Source of the DNA: Antedon mediterranea
Lineage: Eukaryota > Animalia > Echinodermata
DNA: 64,000 nucleotides
NCBI RefSeq assembly: GCF_964355755.1
Contig: NC_092671.1
Span: forward strand, 16,678,001-16,742,000
Reading direction: 5' to 3'
Below are positions 40,701-51,425 of the stretch, piece by piece. Under the pieces are notes generated by a model. It had not been told where the DNA came from and did no database searches. It was given only the letters and a program-made list of their open reading frames with translations. Numbering within the stretch: the first letter of the stretch is position 1; the number at the start of each line of letters is the position of its first letter. Made by a program: the position numbers and the translations under genes.

Positions 40701-43700
40701 GCCTCTTTTCCTTCATGTAAGTCAAAGACATTAGGGTTTTTACACATGCGTGTAATAATGTTATCTTATTTAATGTATGTTTTTCCGTACACACGTACTC
40801 AGTATAGTGTACAAATCAACAAGCTAACAACATGCAGTTATGTCAGCTTTTACGATGTCCCAGAGTGTTAATGTACAGACCCAGTTTTGACTTCTTTTGC
40901 TTTAAAATGGAGAGGTGTAGGTCCTCGGAAACTTTAGCCCGCTTAATAAACTCTACCAGCCTCGTAAACGCGTCGTCAACAGAGCGATAATATGCGCCTT
41001 GTTAACAAGTATACGAAGTTGGGAAATTTACGAGTGAATTTATTCATGTCATTAATGGGTTTGATATGATGGGTTTGATTTCAGTTAAACTCTAGCCTTG
41101 TCAGAAACATTTGATGTTTAATTCTAAGATCAGTACGACAGCTGGTTGTTGCTAAGACCTACTATAACAACGCATAAGAAATACAAGAGACACGAACAAA
41201 AAATAATTGTTTGAACAAATGTAAATAATTAAGCTATTTGTTAACATTTATTAACACAAGACGGCAATCACTGAAATAATAAAACTAGGTTATAGCAACG
41301 TACAATTTAGCTACAGAGGCCTACTACTAATATGTATACTGTTACAAGTCGATACTAACGTAAACCTATTATTATGTTATACAGTAGTACATCCAATGTA
41401 TAAAGTATATATTAAATTAAAAGATAAAACAAAACAAAAAGGGATATTTGAGACAGGTGGATGCGTTGCAGTATGGAGACCATAATGCCGTTTTTAGATA
41501 CATTTTGATATTGGCCCAAATCTTCCCAGAGCCAAACAAATTCAAGATGATGTATTTTTTACTTTCAAGTTAATTAGACAGAACCTGAATTCAATTACCA
41601 ATGTCCTTAAAAGACAAAGAAACATATGTTCCAGAGTTTACTATCACTGTAAATTATATTTAAACAAATTACATACAGACTGACACCGGTGGTACAGAGC
41701 AGTACCGTACAGTTATAAGGCGCTGTCTTAAGTCTGCCTTCTATGCGCACTTAATCACGCGATATGAGTATTATGCGCATAGGTATTTATATTTTCCCTT
41801 TCAATTTTTTGCGATGCGAAGGAATGCGCGAACAATAAAAGGCGTGGATTTACGCCTATAATATATAAAAAAGGATTTATGTGGATGGTAAATGGTCAAA
41901 GTAATTTAACTAACAAGTAGGCCTAAACTTCACGTCATAATTTAGTTCTATCTTTTGCTTCTCAAAAAATACTGTTTATCAATTTATTTCTGTTTCTAGG
42001 TATATGGGGACAGGGTACACAACTACTACAGAGAATCAAGGCGTAAATTGCTATGAGATACCAGGGCTTGTAACCAAACAAATCAAGTTCTGTCAGAAAA
42101 ACTCAAAGATGATGGTTAGCGTCGCTGAGGGCGCTCACATGGGAATTGGTGAATGTCAATTTCAGTTTAAAGGACGGCGTTGGAATTGTACGACGATTGT
42201 CGGTGAGCAGTCGGTGTTTGGAAACGTCTTAGGAAAAGGTAATGATTACGCGGTACGAAAAATAAAAATAAAATAATGTAAAACATGTCTGCTACACATG
42301 GCTGTAATCATATCGGTCCTGTGAAGACTATTTCTGCGACTATTCGAATTTTAGAAAGTCACGAAAGCGTTCAAAACGTCGTAGCGCACACGTTTGTGAC
42401 GTAGTATTCTGTGCACATCTACGAACGTGCGCAATTTTTAACCATTCACCACCACCAAAATTTATCGAAAGGCCTACAGTAGGAAGTCACTAAAACCTCT
42501 CCTATGAGACACCCCTATCAGGAGATATCTTACATTCACATTTATATTAACGGTAGTGGAGCTTAGCTTGCTGGTTAACGTGCTTGCCTTCCAATCCCAA
42601 GATCCGTGGTTCAATCCTGACCTAGTACCAGGGTTGTAACTTACGACTCTTTCAACTCTCCCTAAGCCTCAAATGAAACTTAGTTTATAAGCACGATATT
42701 AAATTATTCATTCTGTAATTGGCGAGTCACTCGCTGTTTAATGAAATGAAAAAAAAAAACAACGGGAAACTTTAGGCTACCGTGAAACGAACAACAAATA
42801 TGATCACTACGGCCAATCCTTATAAAGGGTCTCGAATGTGTCCCGTTAATAGGAGTTCTACTATACTTCCATCATAGTTTTCTATTCCACACTTCAAAAC
42901 AATATTTCTGCCTCTGTTATTTTTAACTTCACAATAAATTGGCAACATTCTGGAAATGTTTCATAATAAAATCGAGACACGCGTGCTGTCTGGATACTCC
43001 GGTAACATGTATCTATCTCAAGGCAATTCGAGTAATGTTACTGTAAATCGTCAGACGAATTTAGTTTGTAACGCCGTCGGCTGTAGGTAAATATAGTAAA
43101 TATATAATGAACATTTAGGTTTACTTACATCGGAGTACTATTCATAGATTCATTTTGTAGTCTCTCCATGAGTTGTAAAATGTTCGGCATACAACACAAA
43201 TTCTGAGTATATAACAATACTTTTTATATACAGTAGAACTGAACTCCTATTGAAGGGACACCTTCAGGACCTAAAACCTCCCCTTAATATGAGTGTCTCT
43301 GAATAGGAATTGATTGGCCATAGTAAGCATACATTTCTCTTCGTTTGTTTCGTTTCACAGGAAAGTGTATCCTTAATAGAGGTGTCCTCTAAAGCGTGGT
43401 TCCCACTAGCGACGTAACACAAGGACGTAACGCAATGCAAGTGAATTGACCAATCACAAGCGATGGCTTATTCGCTTGTGATTGCTAACTGTCTATAACT
43501 TCGCTTGTCATTGGTTAAAACGCTTGCGTTGCGTTTACGTCTTTGCGTTACGTTCTAGTGGGAACCAAGCTTAAATAGAGATGTTCCAAAGGATGAGGCT
43601 TGTTATAAATCCTGAATATTGGCGGTACATGTATTTTTAGTATGTATTGTTATTATAGTATTTTATCATTATTTTCGTTTTGTAGGTTCCAGGGAGTCGG

Positions 43701-44825
43701 CGTTTGTACACAGTATACTTGCAGCCGGTATGGTACACGCGGTTACACGGTCTTGCTCACGAGGAGACCTGCTGACGTGTGGCTGCGATGGCCGTCATCG
43801 TGGACCACGTAATCATGATTATGACATCACACCAAATGAGACGTGGAAATGGGGTGGGTGCAGCGAGGACATCATGCAGGGGGTGAAGTTTAGCAGAAGT
43901 TTCTTGAACCCAGGAGAAGATAATCGAAATGCAAGATCGGCAATGAATAGACATAACAACGAAGCTGGACGTCAGGTAGGTCTATTACTTCATACATCTT
44001 CCTCACTCATCTTTAAACTCAGTTACAATCAATAAGGCGGTTTATCGTCAAAATCAATGTGGTATATTATTATTAGGAGAGATGTCCTAATCTTAATTAC
44101 TCAATTGATATAGATGTAACACAGTATTTGTCGAAATTCGTTCCAACCAACTTTTTCCGTTTTCAAAATAAAATTGTAGATGCTGATATCGTTACATATG
44201 TTCCATAACATTGTATTTGCAGTACTCTTGTCCAATCGAATGTTGTTGAGTTGTTTACCTTTACTCTGATTCCTGGAAATAAACTCCAAAATCCCGAATA
44301 AATAACAATTCGTAGTTTTTATGAATCGTATGTGTTTATTTGCAGGCTGTCCTGAACTCTGTAGAACTAGCGTGTAAATGTCACGGAATATCTGGTACAT
44401 GTGAATTCAAAACGTGTTGGTGGCAACAAACGTCGTTTCGAAAACTTGGTGACAACCTTAAAGTTCGCTACGACAGCGCTAAAGAAATGGTAATAACGTC
44501 ACAGACAACAGCACGCGGTAACGAATATTCATTGAAACCAAAATACAAAATGTTCAAGAAACCAACAAAAGGTGATTTAATTTACTATGAAATATCGCCC
44601 AGTTACTGCGAATATGATCCCGATAATGGATCGTTTGGAACGCAAGGACGAGTGTGCAACGCGTCATCACACGCCATCGACGGCTGTGAGTTAATGTGTT
44701 GTCAACGCGGTTACAAAACGCAACGCGTTGAGAGGATTGAACGTTGTGATTGTCAATTCGTGTGGTGTTGTGAGGTTAAGTGTAAACAATGCAGGCGCGA
44801 ATATGATGTACACACGTGTAATTAA
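16696..44825 (+). CDS. Wnt3: Wnt3 ligand (360 aa, 4 coding exons)
   Basis: Exons 16696-16769, 42000-42238, 43686-43975, 44346-44825 total 1083 nt, phases 2,1,0, all GT-AG. Wnt3-type motifs GYTPMWW, IPGLV..Q, SVAEG, RESAFVH, WKWGGCSED, ARSAMNRHNNEAGR, CKCHGISGTCEFKTCWW (lipidated Ser), DLIYYE.SP, YDVHTC. Confidence 0.93.
17530..18058. repeat. 30-bp minisatellite TACACTAGTAGGCC(T/C)ACTGCATTTGATATG in Wnt3 intron 1
   Basis: About 14-15 near-perfect copies at 17616-18058 plus degenerate copies from about 17530; explains the four repetitive ORFs here. Confidence 0.97.
18958..19142. mobile_element. MITE family A (AGCTTGGTTCCCACTAG TIR), PIF/Harbinger-like
   Basis: Near-identical to 48304-48482 and, inverted, to 43393-43571; carries an extra 6 bp within 19042-19049. 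Confidence 0.9.
19184..19335. mobile_element. Palindromic MITE family C, PIF/Harbinger-like
   Basis: TTA|AGCCGATTTTCCACTAGGCGAATTTGTTCGCG...CGCGAACAAATTTGCCTAGTGGAAAATCGGCT|TTA; degenerate second copy at about 22999-23138. Confidence 0.85.
20700..20930 (-). mobile_element. tRNA-derived SINE-like element
   Basis: Minus strand reads TGGCTTGGTGG (A box) then GGTTTCAAGTCC (B box) at tRNA-like spacing, with no acceptor stem; 3' boundary approximate. Confidence 0.5.
24939..25187. repeat. Diverged tandem repeat, about 31-bp unit AAGCAGATACTCGACGACTGCGCAGTACTAC, about 8 copies
   Basis: GACTGCGCAG core recurs every 28-33 bp. Confidence 0.85.
29918..30000. repeat. Two-copy tandem duplication of about 41 bp
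   Basis: AAGGAGGGACA...TATCATACTTGGGTATG(C/T)CCATCTTTAA occurs twice in tandem. Confidence 0.8.
30056..30201. mobile_element. MITE family B copy
   Basis: TAA|AGCTCTGTCTACA...TGTAGATAGAGCT|TAA. Confidence 0.85.
31303..31400. repeat. Imperfect palindrome, probably the centre of a decayed MITE (about 31125-31513)
   Basis: TCCAATCAAATGACGTCATGATTAATAAGATCAATAA pairs with TTATTGTTCTTATTGATCATGACATCATTTTGATTGGA. Confidence 0.65.
42553..42640 (+). mobile_element. tRNA(Gly)-like SINE head in Wnt3 intron 2
   Basis: TAGCTTGCTGG (A box), TTGCCTTCCAA (anticodon-arm-like), GGTTCAATCC (B box); no complete cloverleaf. Confidence 0.45.
43393..43571. mobile_element. MITE family A copy, nested in an older CAG-terminated MITE
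   Basis: 179 bp, TAA duplicated on both sides, opposite orientation to the other two full copies. Confidence 0.9.
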
Positions 44826-46800
44826 TAAACTTTGAAACAAAATTCTAGGCAGAGTTTAAAAAATGGAAGTTGTTCCCGTTAGGCGCGCAATCCACGGGTT
44901 TGAATTGAAGCTTATATTGAGCCACGCAGAGGAGTAGCAGCATAGTGACCGCTCATACAAAACCCAAATGTTTCGAAGAAAATCAGACATCTTGAAGAAG
45001 AAAAACAGATTCTATCTATCAAGAAGTCAGAAGTTGAGTGCTGTTGGTTGAAATAGGTAATTCAGCTTTCGCTGTTTGAATCCCGAAACACGAATAAATT
45101 ACTGAAATCATGTGTCACCGTTAGTATAATTGTAGAATAGTAATACGTTTTTAAAATTACTGTGAACATAATTACTTGACAACATTTTCAACTATACGAT
45201 ACAATTGTACTTACCAAAAACAACGAAAATATTCAGACGATGTAATGTATACAAATTAAAGTTACAATTTTTCGTATTTATATAATAAATAAATGTAAAT
45301 AACTGTACTGCTTTCATCTTGAAGAAATATATAATAATTTGTATAATACTATTTATATTTATTGCAGTTGGTGTATGCTAGGATATTTGAAATATAATTA
45401 CAATAGTCTAGTGTGTATACTATTAAGTTTTTATTGTTTTTGAATGCTTATAATTAAGTCTGCTGAATTGGATAGATTACGTAATTAAATATAGAGTAAT
45501 GTATGACGTATAATGTCTCTCAATTTCTCACGTTTGTTTGTTTCGAAATTCATTAAGTGACACTAGGGAAGAGATCACTCTTCCCTGGTGTCATGAACTA
45601 TCTCTAGGACCTAGCCAATGTTTAAACCTGCAAAAAAGGCCTATTCGGTAAACTTAACAAATGAAATAATACTTATAAAGAAGTAATGAAATACTTACCC
45701 CAGAGAATCTGAACTTGACGTGGACAGAATGTAGGCTGAGGTACTGTACGAAAACCATAGGTTAATTTCCATTACAGAACCTTTAGCATAATAATATAGG
45801 CTATAGACAATCAATGATAACTATGAATGCAGTTACCTTGAACAATCTTAGCCACACATATCAAGAATGATAACATTAATCATAACAAAAAATAACTCAT
45901 GGAGGATCCTCCATTTTATAATTACATTTGCATTGTCTGCTGACATGACACCTTAGGCTAGAATAATACTGTAAATAATGTTTGGACATAGCCCTACGAG
46001 TACCCTGGTATCATAACATTATAGCCAGCACTTAGCGTCGTTAATTATTGCTCCGTGCTTCTGATTGGTCAGTAGTTTTAGATAACACGACATCAGACGA
46101 CATTCTCCAGACATATTTGTTTCCGATCTATGCATACACATATCCCGTATAAGCCTTCTTGAATCGGTTATCCATTCCATACGTTGGATGGTCACGCCAG
46201 GGCCTAGATAAAATATTAGATTGCATCAATGTTAAGTTTGATAGAGCAAAGTTTACCCATGTCATAGTCCTGATGCTGCTATGATGACTATTTCTGATTG
46301 GTCAGTAGTTAGTAGCTAAGATAAGCTAGATAACTAATCAGGAAAGAATAACAATTATGAATACGATTACGCATGCGCATACGTGTTTGCGATGACGCAA
46401 AACAGTTATGGAGAACTAATCGTCACAGATGTAAAACAGGAGACACGCCTACTATTAAGTGGACACATCACGGTTAGGGAAAATACAAAAGGAGTTTTAC
46501 TGTAGTAAATGTTGAGTATTTACGGTTTAAAGTTTAGATACATGACTTGTAGGTGTAACCTTCAAATCAAATAGTTATTCTGGAGATTTTTATACATGTA
46601 AATATAGATTACATTGATAGGGTTTAATCTACAGTATTTTGCTTTTTTTTTTTCATTTACGATTCAAATTGAAGTTTTAGAATCATCTCACTATATTTTT
46701 GTAAAATTTACAGATAGAAATTTGAGAATTAAAAACATTTGAATGAATTATCAATCGTGTAGATTATGTCTATTATACAAATAATGAATGTTTATATGTA

Positions 46801-47139
46801 GTGGAATGGTACAAATAATGGCATGAGGTGAATGATGAAAGGTTATATGTGGAATGGTACAAATAATGGCATGAGGTGAATGATGAAAGGTTATACTGTA
46901 TGTGGAATGGTACAAATAATGGCATGAGGTGAATGATGAAAGGTTATATGTGGAATGGTACAAATAATGGCATGAGGTGAATGATGAAAGGTTATATGTG
47001 GAATGGTACAAATAATGGCATGAGGTGAATGATGAAAGGTTATATGTGGAATGGTACAAATAATGGCATGAGGTGAATGATGAAAGGTTATATGTGGAAT
47101 GGTACAAATAATGGCATGAGGTGAATGATGAAAGGTTAT
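46801..47139. repeat. 48-bp minisatellite GTGGAATGGTACAAATAATGGCATGAGGTGAATGATGAAAGGTTATAT, 7 copies
   Basis: Near-perfect copies; one unit has a 5-bp insertion within 46894-46900. Confidence 0.96.
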
Positions 47140-48303
47140 TTTTAAACTTAAAGTCATGTTTTGTAATGTGTACATTGTGTATCAACATCAAAAGAAACCT
47201 ATTTTGCACAATTTTTAGTAAAATGAGTAACTGTAAATATAAAATTCCAACAAAAACAAATAATATATAAAATAAATAAAAAGAAATAGAATGTTGAAAT
47301 AACCAAATAAATATATAAATGATGTAAACAAATTCAATTCAATTACATTAATGTAAATCTGTTTACAATATCATACATTCAATGACAGGTAACATAGCAT
47401 GACAGTTGGTTTATCAATTTGGTTCTGGACATGTAATAAGATTTGTTAAGCTTACCATTGAGAAATACTAACTCATTTCTCCATGAGCTTACCAATATTC
47501 AGCAAAATGCTCAAGGCGCTTGTAACAGCTCATTACTTTATGTAACAAAGTATCTCAACAAATACAAACAAATATTATTTTTATGCGTATGAATATTATT
47601 AGACCAATAGAGAGTAGGTTTACATTTGGCACATTTATATCTCACATTTTAAAATGATAATCTATTACATTACGAATATAGCTATATTTTCTTATATAAC
47701 TAAATTCATAAAACAAACTTATCTATATAATTCCATTAACACATATCATTTCATCGATAAATCAATGATAAACCTAGGTACATGCAAAAATATTTATTTT
47801 TCTTATTTCTATAAAAATATGTTTTATGAACACAAAAGTCAAAAATAAAAAGTTTAAATGTACCCTCTTATAACATTCAACAATCTACACGTCCCAGATT
47901 TACTCTTTACGCACAACCTACCCGTAATACATTTGAAGGGTTTGGCCTTAATAAATATACAAAATATATACTTTTTAAATGCCATATAAAATGTCCAATA
48001 CATAAGGATTACAGAATATTACTATTATATACAATAAGTCAAAATGGATAGGTCTATCAGATGCTTAATGGATGGTAGGGGTTTGAAAACATCTCCAATT
48101 TATATCAATTTTCACAGTTCTCGCATTATAGAAAATTCAGCGTTTCTAACAAGAAAGTGCATTAAAATGAGACTTATATCAAAGGTTAAGACTAAAGTCA
48201 GGTTGACCACCAATGAACTTTGATTCCAGATTTTATTTTACATTTATGTTACAATATCCAAGTTAAAAATAATACTGTTATTCATTTCTGTGGTGAACGC
48301 TAA

Positions 48304-48482
48304 AGCTTGGTTCCCACTAGAAAGTAACGCAAGGACGTAAACGCAACGCAAGCGTTTTAACCAATGACAAGCGAAGTTATAGACAGTTAGCAATCACAAG
48401 CGAATAAGCCATCGCTTGTGATTGGTCAATTCACTTGCGTTGCGTTACGTCCTTGTGTTGCGTCGCTAGTGGGAACCACGCT
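48304..48482. mobile_element. MITE family A copy
   Basis: TAA|AGCTTGGTTCCCACTAG...CTAGTGGGAACCACGCT|TAA; a further decayed copy lies at about 53415-53530. Confidence 0.9.
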
Positions 48483-49860
48483 TAAAGGCCAGCACACTAA
48501 AAAGCATTTTTCGCCTGTTTGTGCTCCAATAATTAAATGTCAAAATTGTATTAGTGTACACCAGTTTTGAGCTGCACTTAAAAGAAATAGATAACATTAT
48601 GTAGGCCAAACAAATAATAATGTGTCCCGGCTGTCTTTTAAAAGACTTTTCAATAGCACAATAAAAGACTACCATGGAGCATAACAAACATCTGCACATG
48701 CTCAAAACAAATCAGTGTTGTCAAAAGTTCCATGATCAAGCTAAATTCCAAAATTGGACAGGTTACAGTTACAGTAGTTATCACAACATAGATTGATTCT
48801 TTGCTGATCATCTTTATACTATTACTAGTTGAGCGGCTAAAAATATTTCCTAGAATAAATCAATAAAATAAAAACGAAATATTTTTTTACTGTATACAAC
48901 AATTATATTATGTCATGCATTACATTACAAGTTTTTTTTCTAAGATTAATACATTTTTTTTACATTTTTCTATATTATTATTAGAAAAATATTAATTTTA
49001 CAGTGCATAAAGATCAAGGGAATTTTAAGAATTTGAAGGTTAAAAGTGTTTTAATACAATCGCAAAACAACACAATGCTTTCTCGATACAACATATTTCA
49101 GATATTTTTCTATTTATATTCTCAACAAATATACATTTCTTAATATACTTTGATTGCAATGTAGTTCGTGCAGCCAATGTAAAAACAAACTGTAACTTTT
49201 ACTATTATTACTGTGGTTGGCTCATACCTCCATGGTTGGCTTAACTTTTAATAATATTGATATTATGAAGTACAGTATAATAAAACGATTATGTACATAT
49301 ACATAAAAATCTTATTAAAATATGAATTGAGAGAATAAACAGTATTTCACACTAAGTATATACATGATATACAGAATATATATAAAACAAAAACAAAGTC
49401 ATAAAAACCAGGGAAAAGCGAAATTTTACTCTTCTCTGAAAACACATTTAAAATGACAATATTAGTTAGTAGAATAACTCAAGTGATCAATTAATCTATC
49501 AATCAATCAATCAATCAATATATAGATTCCTTAATCAATCACACACACAATTATTTAAGGTTTCCTAATACCATAATTTAAAATTTGTGTACATATATCT
49601 AAATACAGTTGTTGGTGTTTCTTCAAATACATGATTTGCAATCAAACCAGGCCCTGTCAACAATATTCATTCAATATTTTTCTTGCCTGTCTGGTTAACT
49701 TTTATTTATTTCTTCACAAGTAATCCTCATTTACCAGGTTTAACAGATACCTAAGACATTTTTGGAATACTCAATAGGCTTAAATATTTTTTAATTAGTT
49801 TCTAATGCACTGAATATTCAGTACAATTACGTACTTCACAGTTGGGCAAAAGCTCCCTTA

Positions 49861-50028
49861 AGGCCAATTCACACAGGCAAACGGTAGCGGTAAACAAAGA
49901 ACAATATTTATTTCTTATGACCATTCACACGGACGAGTTGTTGAGCAGAAACCCACTCAGAATAGACAGATTCTATGTGGGCAAGCTCATGCTTTTCCAC
50001 TTTACTGCATGTCTGTGTAAATTGGCCT
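49861..50028. mobile_element. PIF/Harbinger-like MITE, family D
   Basis: TTA|AGGCCAATTCACACAGGCA...TGTCTGTGTAAATTGGCCT|TTA. Confidence 0.7.
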
Positions 50029-51425
50029 TTAAAGCAAAGCTATTTCGTAGTAGATACAATAATCAAAATATTTATTACTTCCATGAATACAATTTGCTGA
50101 AAATACTATTGAGATACTAAAATAATACATATCTAAATGAACTAACAAAAAAAAATAAAGATAGTGACAATGTTCTTAGCTATTGACTTTGATAAGATTT
50201 GAACCAATGACATTCCACAGCTGCACATAAAACTAAATAAAACAATTAAGCACCTTTTATCAATTATAATTAAAATATAAATTACCAAAAGCTGAATGAT
50301 ATGAATGATATAAATTTGATATAACTGTTTCAATTATATTTAAAAGCATGACGTTATGGATAAGCATATGGAATAGAACACCGCCGGACAGCATTTATGA
50401 AGATGCATACATAGTCAGACAAAAATGAAATGAAAATGAAGTTATCTAATCTTGAATAGATGCAATTTACAATTTATCATATAAAACAGTAAGCTAATTC
50501 ATTAAATAAAATTAATGCATTTTCTATAAATAAATGAATTTTATATAAATTTCATGATTTTAATTAAAGCCAAATGACCACAAAAATGTCCACAAACTTT
50601 AGTTCTTAGATTAAATCTTTTTTTTTAAATGTTCTTAAGCTGTGATGTAACTGCATCATCACCTGAACTGCATCACAACTACAATTAGACATTGCAATTG
50701 AGAAATACAGGTTTTCATGTTGCAACACCGTCGTCAATTGTACCGGTCTTAAGCCCAATAGTTGTAGTAACACAACTTATATAGCCATAATAATGATTAC
50801 TTCATTTTATAACGCACCTGAGTAGGGTTCTGTCATTTGAATGGAGGATTGTGGTGCATATGGTATTCAATAACTCCATCGAACTCTTATGTCAACAAGA
50901 GTGCAATTTTGTTATATATTCAAATTCATTCTTGTTACAATGAGCAACCATTACCATGCGCATCAAATAGCAACAAGTAGCATGTGCCATTTTTTCTATT
51001 TAACTTTTTCTACTTCATGTCCAAAATTGGAGTGCTGCCTTTTCAATTGATTTATACCTTTTGCCTCTCATTTTAGCAGCGAATGTAGGTGTGTTATAAA
51101 CAAATAATGATTGTATTTATATTTGTGTAAAGGAACAAATAACATTTTCTATTTCCACCTCACAAAATTATTTGTACCATTGCACAAAAAACACTATTTA
51201 TATACTAGCCATATTCTTTGAACATCTTACATAATTGAATTGCTTAAACAAATGCTTTACTGTCCACTTTAATAAATTCAATATTGTCTTGTTTAAAATG
51301 TCAGTGAATACATTTTCATGTCATTTCATATCTGGAATTCTAGCAGCATGGCCACTTACTGAAGGTGGTATAGTTCTTACAGCAGAAATAAGGTTAGCAG
51401 CAATTGACATATCAGATATCTTTAA

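Noticed and set aside
12776-41999. Many 60-110-aa ORFs in intergenic DNA and Wnt3 intron 1
   Set aside because: Low-complexity AT-rich translations with no domains or splice-consistent partners, many starting at non-ATG codons.
42553-42640. Functional tRNA gene (also considered at 5410-5475 and 20860-20930)
   Set aside because: A/B boxes are present but no paired acceptor stem or complete cloverleaf, so these were treated as SINE-like.
46751-47209. His/Cys-rich repetitive ORFs
   Set aside because: Translations of the 48-bp minisatellite, frameshifted by the 5-bp insertion.
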